A DNA stretch of 42,926 nucleotides from Methylocystis sp. (GCA_023253795.1 JALRFG010000001.1:1-42926), one strand, 5' to 3'; shown: positions 20,460 to 33,649, counted from the first letter of the stretch. The notes: generated by a model from the letters alone, not told the origin. Program-made: numbers and translations.

Positions 20460-20585
20460 GAAAAACTCCGCCACGGGTTAGGCGGCCGACTGACGATGGC
20501 TTCAAGGAGGCCACTCCAACCATCGCCAGCCGACCAACCCTACGGACCCAGGAGATGCGGCGGACCTGAGCACTCCGCAGGGTGT
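20460..20585 (-). ncRNA. Structured small RNA, probably alpha-r7 (SmelC023-like) family
   Basis: Minus strand: hairpin 1 CCCTGCGGA..CTCAGG-TCCGCCGCATCT-CCTGGG TCCGTAGGG; hairpin 2 with a 16-bp stem containing 3 G-U pairs; terminator CCGCC..GGCGG-AGTTTTT. Family name rests on my recall of the loop motif. Confidence 0.65.
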
Positions 20586-20846
20586 TCAAAAAACTTTTCA
20601 GCAGATGTCTGGCAACGACCGGCGGAACAGCGCTGCGTCGATTTATCCGTTTCCGGCATTGCTTGATCTTCGTCAGGTTACCCCGCCTGAATAAAAAAGC
20701 AACCGGACAGCACAAATTTTCACCGGCGGGCGCATTCGAGAAAATTCCATCGCCGTCGCCGATTGTCCCGGTTCTGGATTTTCCTGCCGATTGCGCTAAT
20801 TACATTTCAAGCGTCGCAGCGCCGACGCATGTCTTTGGAGGAAATA

Positions 20847-21251
20847 ATGGTCATCAAGAACGTCCGTTATCTGCTGGCTGTCGCCGCAACCATCGCCCTT
20901 GCCGGCTGCGGCGATCACCAGCCCGGCGATGCGACGGGCTCCAAGGTTCTGAGCAACATCATTCAAAAGAATGGCGTCGGCGCGAAGATCGTTTCGTTCA
21001 AAAAGGTGCAGGGCCGCGAAGTGAAGCACGGCAACACTGAAGCCTTTGAACTGATGTACGAAGCTGAGATCATGTTCCCGGAAGGCTATGAAGCCAAATG
21101 CCATGACGAGAAAGAGCGCGGCATCTGCGCGTTCCTTAGCGTCAATGAAGATCGCACCTTCGCCAAGAGCGAAGTGACGACCAGCGAAGGCACGCTGCAC
21201 TTTGTGAAGTCCGACAAGGGCTGGGTCGCCGAGGACAACAACGCCTACTGA
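20847..21251 (+). CDS. Uncharacterised lipoprotein (134 aa), apparent paralog of 39819..40286
   Basis: GGAGG RBS, lipobox LAGC, two further Cys, ends W.AEDNNAY. Confidence 0.8.
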   Translation: MVIKNVRYLLAVAATIALAGCGDHQPGDATGSKVLSNIIQKNGVGAKIVSFKKVQGREVKHGNTEAFELMYEAEIMFPEGYEAKCHDEKERGICAFLSVNEDRTFAKSEVTTSEGTLHFVKSDKGWVAEDNNAY

Positions 21252-21258
21252 ACTCGTT

Positions 21259-21999
21259 ATGGCCGCGCCGATTGTTCTTATCCCGGCGCGGCTCGCTTCG
21301 AGCCGCCTGCCAGGCAAGGCGCTGCTGGACATCGGCGGCAAACCACTGATCCTGCGCGTCTGGGAAACGGCGATCGCCTCAGCGCCGGGACCGGTGGCTG
21401 TTGCGACGGATTCGCCTGAAATCGCCTCTGTCATTCGCGCCGTCGGGGGCGTCGTCGTCATGACCCGCGCCGACTACGTCTGCGGAAGCGACCGGATTGG
21501 CGAAGCGCTTGCGGCGCTTGATCCGGATCGACGCCATGACATTGTGGTGAACCTGCAAGGCGATCATCCTGTGCTGCCGCCCGACGCCCTCATCGCGGCT
21601 CTGGCCTTGCTCAATGACCCATATGTCGCGATCGGCACTCTCGCCACCCCCGCCTCGGACGATGAGGCGGACGATCCCAACGCCGTAAAGCTGATCGGCG
21701 CGCGGATCGATACGCACCGCCTACGGGCGCTGTATTTCACCCGCGCGCGCGCGCCCTGGGGCGAAGGACCGCTTTACCGGCATATTGGCGTCTACGCGTT
21801 TCGCCGCGACGCGCTGGAGCGATTTATCGCGCTTCCCCCATCGCCGCTCGAACAGCGTGAACGGCTGGAGCAGTTGCGGGCGTTGGAGGCAGGAATGCGG
21901 ATCGACGCCGCGCTGCTGGACAAAGCAGCGCCTTCAGTCGATACCGGGCGGGATCTTGCGGCGGCGACCGCCGCAGCGGTTGCCCAGGACCACTCGTGA
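21259..21999 (+). CDS. kdsB: 3-deoxy-manno-octulosonate cytidylyltransferase
   Basis: IPARLASSRLPGK, GSDRI, NLQGD, ALYFTRA, HIGVYAFR, LEQLRALE. Confidence 0.95.
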   Translation: MAAPIVLIPARLASSRLPGKALLDIGGKPLILRVWETAIASAPGPVAVATDSPEIASVIRAVGGVVVMTRADYVCGSDRIGEALAALDPDRRHDIVVNLQGDHPVLPPDALIAALALLNDPYVAIGTLATPASDDEADDPNAVKLIGARIDTHRLRALYFTRARAPWGEGPLYRHIGVYAFRRDALERFIALPPSPLEQRERLEQLRALEAGMRIDAALLDKAAPSVDTGRDLAAATAAAVAQDHS

Positions 22000-22859
22000 C
22001 CCAATACATCGCCTATCAGGGAGAACCCGGCGCCAATTCCGACATCGCCTGTCGGGACGCCTATCCGCAGCTCACGCCCCTGCCCTGCGCCAGTTTCGAG
22101 GACGCCTTCTCCGCGGTCTCCGAAGGCCGCGCCGTTTTAGGCATGATCCCGATCGAAAACTCGATCGCCGGCCGCGTCGCCGATATTCATCACTTCCTGC
22201 CGCATTCCGGGCTGCACATCGTCGGCGAATATTTTCTGCCGATCCATTTCCAGCTCATGGCTCCGAAAGGCGCGACCCGCGAAGGGCTGAAAAGCGTCTA
22301 TAGCCATGTACATGCGCTTGGGCAGTGCCGCCGGATCATCCGCGATCTGGGCCTTGCGCCCTTTACAGCCGGCGACACCGCCGGCGCCGCGCGCGAGATT
22401 TCGGAATGGAACGACCCCGCCAAAGCGGCGCTCGCGCCACGTCTCGCCGCTGAGATATACGGGCTCGACATTCTGGCGCAGGATGTCGAAGACGAGGCCC
22501 ATAACACCACCCGTTTCGTGGTGTTGTCCAAAACGCGGCAATGGGCCGCGCCCGATAGCGGCCCGACGATGACGACTTTCATCTTCCGGGTGCGTAACGT
22601 GCCGGCGGCGCTGTACAAAGCGCTGGGCGGGTTCGCCACCAATGGCGTCAATATGACCAAGCTGGAAAGCTATATGGTTGACGGGGAGTTTGCAGCGACG
22701 CGGTTTCTCGCCGATGTCGATGGCCATCCCCATCAGCCGGCGCTGGCCAGAGCTTTCGAAGAGCTTGCGTTTTTCTCGAAGGAAGTCGAAGTATTGGGCG
22801 TCTACCCGGCGGCGGGGTTTCGTGTCACCAATATTCGCGCCTTTGCGTTCGACGACTGA
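21996..22859 (+). CDS. pheA: Prephenate dehydratase
   Basis: IAYQGEPGANS, PIENS, SHVHALGQC, NTTRF, ACT domain with TKLES. Confidence 0.95.
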   Translation: MTQYIAYQGEPGANSDIACRDAYPQLTPLPCASFEDAFSAVSEGRAVLGMIPIENSIAGRVADIHHFLPHSGLHIVGEYFLPIHFQLMAPKGATREGLKSVYSHVHALGQCRRIIRDLGLAPFTAGDTAGAAREISEWNDPAKAALAPRLAAEIYGLDILAQDVEDEAHNTTRFVVLSKTRQWAAPDSGPTMTTFIFRVRNVPAALYKALGGFATNGVNMTKLESYMVDGEFAATRFLADVDGHPHQPALARAFEELAFFSKEVEVLGVYPAAGFRVTNIRAFAFDD

Positions 22860-22881
22860 ACGCAGGCAGGAGTGATGAATA

Positions 22882-23316
22882 ATGTCCGTCGCCTACGACC
22901 CCAATAATATTTTCGGGAAAATCCTGCGCGGCGAAATTCCCGCCCATAAGGTTTATGAAGACGACATCGCATTCGCCTTCATGGATATCATGCCGCGCGC
23001 GGAAGGACATGTTCTAGTCATTCCGAAAGAAAACGCCCGCGATCTGTTCGATGTTTCGTCACAGACCCTGTCTGCGCTGATCAAGCGGGTTCAGCATGTC
23101 GCGCGCGTCGTCAAGATAGCGTTGGCCGCTGACGGCATGACATTACATCAGTTCAGTGAAAGTGCGGGCGGACAGGTGATCTTCCACCTGCATTTCCATA
23201 TCCTGCCGCGCTGGGAAGGCGTCGCCCTGCGACCGCCGGGCGTGATGGCGGACGACGCCAAACTCGCCGCACAGGCGGAAAAAATCCGTGCGGCGATGAC
23301 GCCCTTCACCGACTGA
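22882..23316 (+). CDS. HIT family nucleotide hydrolase
   Basis: NIFGKILRGEIP, GHVLVIPK, HLHFHIL triad. Confidence 0.93.
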   Translation: MSVAYDPNNIFGKILRGEIPAHKVYEDDIAFAFMDIMPRAEGHVLVIPKENARDLFDVSSQTLSALIKRVQHVARVVKIALAADGMTLHQFSESAGGQVIFHLHFHILPRWEGVALRPPGVMADDAKLAAQAEKIRAAMTPFTD

Positions 23317-23327
23317 CGGCGCCTCTA

Positions 23328-24881
<1,554 letters not shown>

Positions 24882-25115
24882 TAATAATCCTGATTGTAAT
24901 GGGAAATTGAGCGCCTGAACGCGCATGTCGCATGATCGCATGCGCCTGTAATCATCAGGCGTCGCCATCGTTTCTGGATGGCGGCATAGAATGGCGGCGG
25001 ACGACCGCCGGGGCTCCTGCCCCAAAGCCAAGAGTTCCTTGCATAAAAATGCGCCGAATGTCAATAAGATCGGCGCAAAACGACGCAAAAAGCCACGCGC
25101 TGGCCGGCTTGTGGG

Positions 25116-25439
25116 TCAGCGTTCCGGATAGGGGCGAATGGACCCTGTCACCACCTCGTCGATCCCCTTGCGCAGGAATCTGTCGGACAGCGCGCGGCGA
25201 TGCGACGGATCCGGGGTCAGAGACGGTAGCGCCTGCGCCACATCCACTTCCTGCCGAACCTCAACGCGTTCAACCATATAGGCCAGCGTTTTCGCCACCA
25301 GAACGCTACAGAGCAGCATCAGAGCCGTGAGTGCGGCGAGACCGGGCAACGCCGAGCCGCCCGTAGTTTCGGCAGACGACCGTTCACGACGCCTGCCCAG
25401 CGATTGATCCGGAAGCTTTTCCAAAGACGCGCCCAACAC
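25116..25439 (-). CDS. Hypothetical single-TM protein; start uncertain
   Basis: One hydrophobic helix and C-terminal D...TGSI motif common in small rhizobial proteins. Confidence 0.5.
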   Translation of the reverse strand: MLGASLEKLPDQSLGRRRERSSAETTGGSALPGLAALTALMLLCSVLVAKTLAYMVERVEVRQEVDVAQALPSLTPDPSHRRALSDRFLRKGIDEVVTGSIRPYPER

Positions 25440-25629
25440 TTAACGACAGTCGCTTACCGACCGAAGACGCCAGCGTAACCAAAGCCGGTAAATTTACGGT
25501 TCACGTCATGAATTTCGGCGCACATCGTAAAAAGTCTCTTGCCAAGGCCGGCGATAGGCCGAAGTTTATTGAAGAAACCCGCGCGAGACTTGCGCCGTGC
25601 CTCTCACTTTTCGGGAACCGCCTCCCTAA

Positions 25630-26067
25630 ATGACAGGTCGTAAGGAAAGGTCAAAAGTGGCGCTCCACGAAGATTCCCCGATTAAATCAATAATCTCACA
25701 TCAGGCGGCAGCTTCCCGGGCCCCTCGTCCGCGCGCCGGTCGCGAGCCTCGCAAGTCCGGGGACGACCCGGGCGCCGGGACCGCGCTGATCACCCGCACC
25801 CGCCCGCAGACCCGAAAACCCAGCATGTATCGCGTGCTGCTGCTAAACGACGACTACACCACGCAGGAGTTTGTCGTGATCGTTCTGCGGAAATATTTCA
25901 ACAAATCGGCCGAAGAGGCGGTTCGCATCATGCTGCACGTGCACAACCACGGCGTCGGCGAATGCGGCGTCTACACCTACGAAATAGCTGAGACGAAAGT
26001 CACTTTGGTGATGGACTTTGCCCGCAAGCACCAGCATCCTCTGCAATGCATCATGGAAAAGAACTAG
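25630..26067 (+). CDS. clpS: Clp protease adaptor ClpS (true start may be downstream)
   Basis: [18 protein letters not shown]...[17 protein letters not shown]. Confidence 0.95.
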   Translation: MTGRKERSKVALHEDSPIKSIISHQAAASRAPRPRAGREPRKSGDDPGAGTALITRTRPQTRKPSMYRVLLLNDDYTTQEFVVIVLRKYFNKSAEEAVRIMLHVHNHGVGECGVYTYEIAETKVTLVMDFARKHQHPLQCIMEKN

Positions 26068-26079
26068 GGAAACCAGACG

Positions 26080-28494
26080 ATGCCGGCTTTTTCGCGCAAC
26101 CTGAAGCAGTCTCTCGACCGTGCGCTCGCCGCAGCGCGCGAACGCCATCACGAATATGCGACGCTTGAGCATCTCTTGCTCAGCCTCGTCGAAGACGCCG
26201 ACGCCTCAGCCGTGCTACGCGCCTGTTCGGTCGATCTGGAGTTGCTGGCCAAGAACCTGCGCGATTATCTGGATAATGAACTCGGCAATCTGATCAATGA
26301 CGACGCCGAAGACTGCAAGCCGACCGCCGGTTTTCAGCGCGTCGTGCAGCGCGCGATCATCAGCGTTCAATCTTCCGGGCGGGAAGACGTCACCGGCGCG
26401 AATATTCTTGTGGCGCTCTTCGCCGAACGCGAGAGCCACGCCGTCTATTTCCTGCAAGAGCAGGACATGACGCGCTATGACGCGGTGAATTACATCAGCC
26501 ACGGCATCGCCAAGCGCCCGGGGCATTCTGACGCGAGCCGCGGCCCGCGCGGCGCCGAGGAAGAGCACGGGCGCAGCGAAGGACACGATGGCGAAGGGCG
26601 CAAGAAGGAAGGCGCGCTTGACGCCTATTGCATCAATCTCAACAAAAAAGCCCGCGAAGGCCGCATCGATCCGTTGATCGGACGCGAAACGGAAGTCTTG
26701 CGGACGATTCAGGTGCTGTGCCGCCGGGCCAAGAATAATCCGCTGCTGGTTGGCGATCCCGGCGTCGGTAAAACCGCCATCGCCGAGGGCCTGGCGCGCA
26801 AGATCGAAAATAGCGAAGTGCCCGAGGTGCTCTCCAAGGCGACAGTGTTCGCGCTCGACATGGGCGCCCTGCTCGCCGGCACGCGCTATCGCGGCGATTT
26901 CGAGGAGCGACTGAAACAGGTCGTGAAGGAGATCGAGCAACACAAAGACGCGATCCTGTTCATCGACGAGATTCACACGGTGATCGGCGCCGGCGCGACA
27001 TCAGGCGGCGCCATGGACGCGTCGAACCTGCTCAAACCCGCGCTGGCGCAGGGCGTTCTGCGCTGCATCGGCTCGACCACCTACAAGGAATACCGCCAGT
27101 ATTTCGAGAAGGATCGCGCGCTGGTGCGACGCTTCCAGAAGATCGACGTCAACGAACCCTCGATCCCGGACACCATTGAGATCGTCAAAGGCCTGAAACC
27201 CTATTTCGAGGAGTTTCACAAAATCCGCTACACCAGCGAAGCCCTCAAGGCGGCGGTGGAGCTATCGGCGAAATTTATTCACGACCGCAAACTGCCTGAC
27301 AAAGCCATCGATGTGATTGATGAGAGCGGCGCGGCGCAAATGCTGGCGCCGGAGTCGAAACGCAAAAAAACCATTGGCCTAAAGGAAATCGAAGCGACCA
27401 TCGCCACAATGGCGCGCATACCGGCGAAGAGCGTCTCGAAAGACGACGCCGAAGTGCTGGCGCATCTCGACGAAACCTTGAGACGCGTCGTCTATGGCCA
27501 GGACAAGGCGATCGCCGCGCTGTCCTCCGCCATCAAACTGGCGCGCGCCGGCTTGCGCGATCATGAAAAACCGATCGGCAGCTATCTCTTCTCCGGCCCG
27601 ACCGGCGTCGGCAAGACCGAGGCCGCACGGCAGCTCGCCAGCTCGCTGGGCATTGAGCTCGTGCGCTTTGACATGTCGGAATATATGGAGCGCCATACCG
27701 TCAGCCGTTTGATAGGGGCGCCGCCCGGTTATGTCGGATTCGATCAGGGCGGCCTGCTTACAGACGCCATCGACCAGCATCCGCATTGCGTCTTGTTGCT
27801 CGACGAGATCGAGAAAGCGCATCAGGATCTCTACAACATTCTGTTGCAGGTGATGGATCACGGCAAACTGACCGATCACAACGGCAAGACCATTGATTTC
27901 CGCAACGTCATTCTGATCATGACGACGAACGCCGGCGCCGCCGATCTCGCCCGCGCGCCGATCGGCTTCACCCGCTCGCGTCGCGATCTCGACGACAGCG
28001 AGGCGATCAATCGTCTGTTCTCGCCGGAATTCCGCAACCGCCTCGACGCCATTGTTCCCTTCGGCCATCTGCCGGTGGAAGTCATCAAGCGCGTCGTCGA
28101 TAAATTCGTCATGCAGCTCGAAGCGCAGCTCGCTGACCGCAATGTCACGATCGAGCTCTCCGATGAGGCGCGGGATTGGCTTGTGGAGCATGGCTACGAC
28201 GAGGCGATGGGCGCCCGGCCGATGTCGCGCGTCATCCACCAGCACATCAAAACACCGTTAGCCGACGAAGTGCTGTTTGGTCGCCTGAAAAATGGCGGCG
28301 CCGTGAAAGTTGTTGTGATGGGCGACGAACAGGGCGGCAAAACGCTGGGCTTCGTCTATCCGGAAGGACCTGTCCTGCCGCGTCCAGAGCGCGATATTGT
28401 CGAGGCCGGGAAGAAGCGCGCCGTGGACGAAGGCTCTTCTGGCGTCAGCAAATCACTGGATGAAGAAGCCACAGCGACAGAACCGGGAGCCTAA
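26080..28494 (+). CDS. clpA: ATP-dependent Clp protease ATP-binding subunit ClpA
   Basis: [10 protein letters not shown], two AAA+ modules ([16 protein letters not shown]), IGF loop; follows clpS. Confidence 0.97.
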   Translation: MPAFSRNLKQSLDRALAAARERHHEYATLEHLLLSLVEDADASAVLRACSVDLELLAKNLRDYLDNELGNLINDDAEDCKPTAGFQRVVQRAIISVQSSGREDVTGANILVALFAERESHAVYFLQEQDMTRYDAVNYISHGIAKRPGHSDASRGPRGAEEEHGRSEGHDGEGRKKEGALDAYCINLNKKAREGRIDPLIGRETEVLRTIQVLCRRAKNNPLLVGDPGVGKTAIAEGLARKIENSEVPEVLSKATVFALDMGALLAGTRYRGDFEERLKQVVKEIEQHKDAILFIDEIHTVIGAGATSGGAMDASNLLKPALAQGVLRCIGSTTYKEYRQYFEKDRALVRRFQKIDVNEPSIPDTIEIVKGLKPYFEEFHKIRYTSEALKAAVELSAKFIHDRKLPDKAIDVIDESGAAQMLAPESKRKKTIGLKEIEATIATMARIPAKSVSKDDAEVLAHLDETLRRVVYGQDKAIAALSSAIKLARAGLRDHEKPIGSYLFSGPTGVGKTEAARQLASSLGIELVRFDMSEYMERHTVSRLIGAPPGYVGFDQGGLLTDAIDQHPHCVLLLDEIEKAHQDLYNILLQVMDHGKLTDHNGKTIDFRNVILIMTTNAGAADLARAPIGFTRSRRDLDDSEAINRLFSPEFRNRLDAIVPFGHLPVEVIKRVVDKFVMQLEAQLADRNVTIELSDEARDWLVEHGYDEAMGARPMSRVIHQHIKTPLADEVLFGRLKNGGAVKVVVMGDEQGGKTLGFVYPEGPVLPRPERDIVEAGKKRAVDEGSSGVSKSLDEEATATEPGA

Positions 28495-28528
28495 CTCACG
28501 CCTGTCGATATAAAATACAGCGCGCCGC

Positions 28529-31522
28529 CTATTTGCGGCGCGCCTTTGTTTCTGTCTTGCCTTCTTCAGCGCGCGGACGTTTCGCCATCGTCTCGGCAAG
28601 ATAGCGCCCGGTGTGACTGCGTTTTTGCTTCACCACTTCCGTTGGCGGACCATGCGCGACGATTTCGCCGCCGCCATCGCCGCCTTCTGGACCCATATCG
28701 ATAATCCAGTCAGCGGTTTTAATGACTTCGAGATTATGCTCGATCACCACCACCGTATTACCCTGCTCGACCAGTTCGTGCAGTACCTCAAGCAACTTCG
28801 CGACATCGTGGAAATGCAGGCCGGTGGTCGGCTCATCGAGAATATAGAGCGTACGCCCGGTCGAACGGCGCGATAGTTCCTTGGACAGTTTAACGCGCTG
28901 CGCCTCGCCGCCCGACAGCGTTGTCGCTTGCTGGCCGACGTGGATGTAATCTAGCCCGACGCGTTTCAGTGTCTCCATCTTCTCTCGGATCGATGGCACA
29001 GCCTTGAATAGTTGCGACGCTTCCTCAACTGTCATGTCGAGCACATCGGCGATGGATTTCTGGCGATATTTAACTTCCAGCGTTTCGCGATCGTAACGCT
29101 TGCCCTTGCAGATGTCGCAGGTGACGTACACATCGGGCAGGAAGTGCATCTCGATCTTGATGACGCCGTCACCCTGACAGGCCTCGCAGCGCCCCCCTTT
29201 CACATTGAAGGAGAATCGTCCCGGCGCGTAGCCGCGCGCTTTGGCTTCGGGCAGGCCGGCGAACCATTCGCGGATGGGCGTGAAAGCGCCGGTATAGGTC
29301 GCGGGGTTGGAGCGCGGCGTACGACCAATCGGCGACTGATCGATATCGATGATCTTGTCAATCTGCTCCAGACCTTCAAGACGATCGAAGGGCGCCGGCT
29401 GTTCATGGGCATTGTTGAGGCGCCGCGCGATCGCCTTGTAGAGCGTCTCGATCACCAGCGTCGACTTGCCGCCGCCAGATACGCCGGTGACAGCGGTGAA
29501 AAGCCCCAGCGGGATCTCCGCTGTGACGTTTTTGAGATTATTGCCGCGCGCGCCAAACAGTTTGAGCCAGCGTCCGGCCGTCGGTTTGCGCAGCTTGTGT
29601 TTGAGCACGACTTGTTTGGCGCCGGTCAGATACTGGCCGGTCAACGACGCCGGATCGGCCATGATCTCGGCCGGCGTTCCCTGCGCGACGACGCTGCCGC
29701 CGTGGACGCCGGCGCCGGGGCCCATGTCGATCACATAGTCGGCGGACTTGATCGCATCCTCGTCATGCTCGACGACGATGACGCTATTGCCCAGATTGCG
29801 GAGCCGTCGCAACGTATCCAGCAGACGATCATTGTCGCGCTGATGCAAGCCAATGGAGGGTTCGTCCAGCACGTAAAGCACGCCGGTCAGACCGGAACCG
29901 ATCTGCGACGCCAGACGAATACGCTGGCTCTCGCCGCCGGAGAGCGTGCCGGAATTGCGCGACAGGGTCAGATAATCGAGACCGACATCGACCAGAAAGC
30001 TCAGGCGTTCGCGAATTTCCTTCAGAATGCGAAAGGCGATTTCGTTGCGCTTTTTATCAAGAGACGACGGCAGCGCCGCAAACCAGTCATGCGCAGCGCG
30101 CACAGAGAGTTCCGAAACCTCGCCGATATGTTTGCCGGCGATCTTCACAGCCAACGCCTCGGGTTTGAGACGGAAGCCTTCGCAGGACAGACAGGGCGTC
30201 GCCGACATGAACCGCCCGATTTCCTCGCGCGCCCATTCGCTGTCGGTTTCGAGATAGCGACGCTCCAGATTGATGACGACGCCTTCAAAGGGCTTTTTCA
30301 CATCATAGGCGCGGAAGCCGTCGTCGTAGGAGAAGCGGACTTCTTCGCTGCCAGAGCCAAACAGAATAACGTTCTGCGCTTTCTTCGGCAGATCTTCGAA
30401 CGGCGTTTCGAGCCGGAATTTGTAATGTTTGCCCAAGGCCTCCAGCGTCTGCACATAATAGGGCGAAGATGATTTCGCCCAGGGCGCAATCGCCCCTTTA
30501 CGCAATGTCAATTTAGGATTGGGGACGATGAGATCGGGATCGATCTTCTGCTCATGTCCAATGCCGCCACAGGTCGGACAGGCGCCGAACGGATTGTTGA
30601 AGGAAAAAAGCCGCGGCTCGATTTCAGGGATGGTGAAGCCCGACACCGGACAGGCGAATTTCGACGAAAAGACGATATGACCAGCGGCGTAATGGGTGGA
30701 GACATTCGCTCCCGCCGTCGACGCCAAAGCCAGCGCGCCGGCCGCCGCTTTGTCGGCGAATTCGATCACGGCGAGACCGCCGGCGAGATCGAGCGCGGTT
30801 TCGAAACTATCGGCGAGACGAGCCGACAGATCCTTGCGCACGACAATGCGGTCAACGACAACGTCGATATCGTGTTTGAGTTTTTTGTCGAGCGTCGGCG
30901 CGTCGGCGATGTCGTAATACTGGCCGTCGATCTTCAGCCGCTGAAAACCGCGCCGCGTATATTCGGCGATCTCTTTCTTGTATTCGCCCTTACGACCGCG
31001 CACCACCGGCGCGAGCAGATATAATCGTGATCCTTCCGGCAGCGCCATCACCCGATCAACCATCTGCGACACGGTCTGGCTTTCGATCGGCAAACCGGTC
31101 GCCGGCGAATAGGGAATGCCCACCCGCGCCCAGAGCAGACGCATGTAATCATGAATTTCCGTCACCGTGCCGACGGTCGAGCGCGGATTTTTGGATGTGG
31201 TCTTTTGTTCGATGGAGATCGCCGGCGACAGCCCGTCGATCTGATCGACGTCCGGCTTCTGCATCATCTCCAGAAACTGGCGCGCATAGGCCGACAGGGA
31301 CTCCACGTAACGACGCTGTCCCTCGGCGTAGATCGTATCGAAAGCGAGCGATGACTTGCCCGATCCCGACAGGCCGGTGAACACGACGAACTTATCGCGC
31401 GGAATGGTGAGGTCGACGTTTTTGAGATTATGCTCGCGCGCACCGCGGATCGCTATGACCTTCCCGTCGGAAAACGCTTTCTCCGCCGCCGCTGCAGCGG
31501 CTTTTTTGCTGGTGCCCGCCAT
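28529..31522 (-). CDS. uvrA: Excinuclease ABC subunit A
   Basis: [18 protein letters not shown], zinc fingers, two LSGGE signatures. Confidence 0.98.
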   Translation of the reverse strand: MAGTSKKAAAAAAEKAFSDGKVIAIRGAREHNLKNVDLTIPRDKFVVFTGLSGSGKSSLAFDTIYAEGQRRYVESLSAYARQFLEMMQKPDVDQIDGLSPAISIEQKTTSKNPRSTVGTVTEIHDYMRLLWARVGIPYSPATGLPIESQTVSQMVDRVMALPEGSRLYLLAPVVRGRKGEYKKEIAEYTRRGFQRLKIDGQYYDIADAPTLDKKLKHDIDVVVDRIVVRKDLSARLADSFETALDLAGGLAVIEFADKAAAGALALASTAGANVSTHYAAGHIVFSSKFACPVSGFTIPEIEPRLFSFNNPFGACPTCGGIGHEQKIDPDLIVPNPKLTLRKGAIAPWAKSSSPYYVQTLEALGKHYKFRLETPFEDLPKKAQNVILFGSGSEEVRFSYDDGFRAYDVKKPFEGVVINLERRYLETDSEWAREEIGRFMSATPCLSCEGFRLKPEALAVKIAGKHIGEVSELSVRAAHDWFAALPSSLDKKRNEIAFRILKEIRERLSFLVDVGLDYLTLSRNSGTLSGGESQRIRLASQIGSGLTGVLYVLDEPSIGLHQRDNDRLLDTLRRLRNLGNSVIVVEHDEDAIKSADYVIDMGPGAGVHGGSVVAQGTPAEIMADPASLTGQYLTGAKQVVLKHKLRKPTAGRWLKLFGARGNNLKNVTAEIPLGLFTAVTGVSGGGKSTLVIETLYKAIARRLNNAHEQPAPFDRLEGLEQIDKIIDIDQSPIGRTPRSNPATYTGAFTPIREWFAGLPEAKARGYAPGRFSFNVKGGRCEACQGDGVIKIEMHFLPDVYVTCDICKGKRYDRETLEVKYRQKSIADVLDMTVEEASQLFKAVPSIREKMETLKRVGLDYIHVGQQATTLSGGEAQRVKLSKELSRRSTGRTLYILDEPTTGLHFHDVAKLLEVLHELVEQGNTVVVIEHNLEVIKTADWIIDMGPEGGDGGGEIVAHGPPTEVVKQKRSHTGRYLAETMAKRPRAEEGKTETKARRK

Positions 31523-31658
31523 GATCGTCAAAATTTTCCGAGAGCTGCGCCGTTAACGGCCGTAATGACTTCCTGCCATGGACCGCAGGCAGAATCCACC
31601 ACAGCCGTTGGCGCTTGCGCCTTGCTCCCCGACTGTCCCCAGCCTATCAGTCTGGCGT

Positions 31659-32978
31659 ATGAGCCCCGCTGGCAAAAAGCCCCTGCATCATCACCTCTAT
31701 GTCCAGGTGCTTGTCGCCATTGCGCTGGGCGCGATGTTTGGCTGGCTGGCTCCCGACTTCGCCGCCCAGCCCTGGGTGAAGGCGCTGGGCGACGGCTTCA
31801 TCAAGCTGATCAAGATGATCATCGCCCCGATCATCTTCTGCACCGTCGTGGTGTCGGGCGTGGCCCATGTCGAAGATGCGCGCAAGGTTGGCCGCGTCGG
31901 GGTCAAGGCGCTGGTCTATTTCGAGATCGTCTCGACCTTCGCGCTGGCGATCGGCCTGCTTGTCGGCAATCTGCTCAAACCGGGCGCCGGCTTCACCGGC
32001 GCGCCTGACGCCGCCGCCGTCGCCAAATATGTCCATCCGGCCGCCGGACACAGCGGCGTCGATTTCCTGCTCGACATCATCCCCGACAGCGCCATCGGCG
32101 CCTTCGCCAAAGGCGACATTCTTCAGGTTCTGCTGTTCTCGCTGCTGTTCGGCTTTGCGCTCCAAACGCTGGGCGAAAAAGGACGCGGGATGCGCACTTT
32201 CGTCGATGACGCCGGCCACGCGATCTTTGGCGTCATCGCCATTGTGATGAAAGCCGCGCCGCTCGGCGCCTTTGGCGCGATGGCCTATACGGTGGGCAAA
32301 TATGGTTCAGCGGCGCTCGCCGCCCTCGCAGGACTGGTCGGCGCCTTTTATCTGGCCTCGGCTCTGTTCGTGATCGGCGTGCTAGGTCTGATCGCCTGGG
32401 CCGCCGGTTTCAATATTTTCCGTTTGCTCGTTTATCTTCGCGATGAATTGCTGATCGTGCTCGGGACGTCATCGTCGGAAAGCGCCCTGCCCGCGCTGAT
32501 GGAGAAGCTGGAGCGACTGGGCTGCTCGAAACCGGTCGTCGGGCTTGTCGTGCCGACCGGCTATTCGTTCAATCTCGACGGCACCAATATTTACATGACG
32601 CTGACGACCCTGTTCATCGCCCGCGCCATGGGCATGGAGCTCGATGTCGGGCAGCAGGCGACCATTTTGCTGGTCGCCATGCTCACCTCGAAAGGCGCCA
32701 GCGGCGTCTCCGGAGCGGGCTTCGTCACATTGGCGGCGACGCTCGCCGCCGTCGACCCTGCGCTGGCGCCCGGCATGTCGCTGGTGCTGGGTATCGACAA
32801 ATTCATGTCCGAATGCCGCTCGCTGACCAATTTCATTGGCAACAGCGTCGCCACCATCGTCATCTCCGCCTGGGAGGGCGAACTGGATCGCGACCGGCTG
32901 GCCCGCGGGCTCCATCGTCAGATCGATCCGGCCGATGTGACGACAGCAGAAACCACCGGCGACGAAACTCCCGATTGA
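31659..32978 (+). CDS. dctA: C4-dicarboxylate:cation symporter (DAACS family)
   Basis: [52 protein letters not shown]. Confidence 0.93.
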   Translation: MSPAGKKPLHHHLYVQVLVAIALGAMFGWLAPDFAAQPWVKALGDGFIKLIKMIIAPIIFCTVVVSGVAHVEDARKVGRVGVKALVYFEIVSTFALAIGLLVGNLLKPGAGFTGAPDAAAVAKYVHPAAGHSGVDFLLDIIPDSAIGAFAKGDILQVLLFSLLFGFALQTLGEKGRGMRTFVDDAGHAIFGVIAIVMKAAPLGAFGAMAYTVGKYGSAALAALAGLVGAFYLASALFVIGVLGLIAWAAGFNIFRLLVYLRDELLIVLGTSSSESALPALMEKLERLGCSKPVVGLVVPTGYSFNLDGTNIYMTLTTLFIARAMGMELDVGQQATILLVAMLTSKGASGVSGAGFVTLAATLAAVDPALAPGMSLVLGIDKFMSECRSLTNFIGNSVATIVISAWEGELDRDRLARGLHRQIDPADVTTAETTGDETPD

Positions 32979-33018
32979 CTGTCGACGATCTCTTGCTTTG
33001 TCGCCTTCGCAATGGTAG

Positions 33019-33033
33019 GAACAAACACAGAAC
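33019..33033. promoter_or_regulatory. Alphaproteobacterial LexA (SOS) box upstream of ssb
   Basis: GAAC-AAACACA-GAAC, an exact GAAC-N7-GAAC direct repeat about 95 bp before the ssb ATG. Confidence 0.85.
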
Positions 33034-33127
33034 ATATCGGATGATCTGTGGACAAGAGCCTACAGCGGGCGAGTCCGGCGATCGTTTCGACTAGAGTGCG
33101 TTTTCGAAAAAGCGTGGAGAGAAGATT

Positions 33128-33649
33128 ATGGCGGGCAGCGTCAACAAGGTCATTCTGGTCGGCAATCTTGGCCGCGATCCGGAAGTGCGGACCTTCCCTT
33201 CCGGCGATCGCGTCGTCTCCTTCTCGGTGGCGACCACAGAATCCTGGCGCGATAAGAACACCGGTGAGCGCAAGGATCGCACCGAGTGGCATAACGTTCA
33301 GATTTTCAATGAAAATATCGGAAAAATTGCCGAGCAATATTGCCGCAAGGGCTCCAAGGTCTATCTCGAAGGCCAGTTGCAGACCCGCGAATACACCGAC
33401 AAGGACGGCAACCAGCGCCGCTCGACAGAAGTTGTTCTGCAACGTTTTCGCGGCGAACTGACCCTGCTCGACAGCAAGGGCGGCGGTCGTGGCGAGGGTG
33501 ATTACGACAGCGGCGGCGGCTATAGCCAGCAGGGCGGCGGCTCCTTCGGGCGCTCCTCGCCGATGGAGCGGGCGCCGGCGGAACGTCGCCCGGCGGCGGC
33601 CCCGGCCGGCCGTCTGTCCGAGCAGCTCGACGACGATATTCCGTTCTAG
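33128..33649 (+). CDS. ssb: Single-stranded DNA-binding protein
   Basis: SVNKVILVGNLGRDPE, TEWH, Gly-rich linker, C-terminal DDDIPF. Confidence 0.98.
   Translation: MAGSVNKVILVGNLGRDPEVRTFPSGDRVVSFSVATTESWRDKNTGERKDRTEWHNVQIFNENIGKIAEQYCRKGSKVYLEGQLQTREYTDKDGNQRRSTEVVLQRFRGELTLLDSKGGGRGEGDYDSGGGYSQQGGGSFGRSSPMERAPAERRPAAAPAGRLSEQLDDDIPF

Noticed and set aside
20377-21040. ORFs 20377..20715 (-) and 20582..21040 (+)
   Set aside because: No RBS or protein-like character; the region is better explained by the sRNA and the lipoprotein upstream region
29012-30472. 486-aa ORF antisense to uvrA (likewise 41145..42641 opposite pyrG, 38687..39919 opposite leuB, 2240..3205 opposite potH)
   Set aside because: Shadow ORFs expected from high-GC codon bias opposite well-conserved genes; no recognisable motifs
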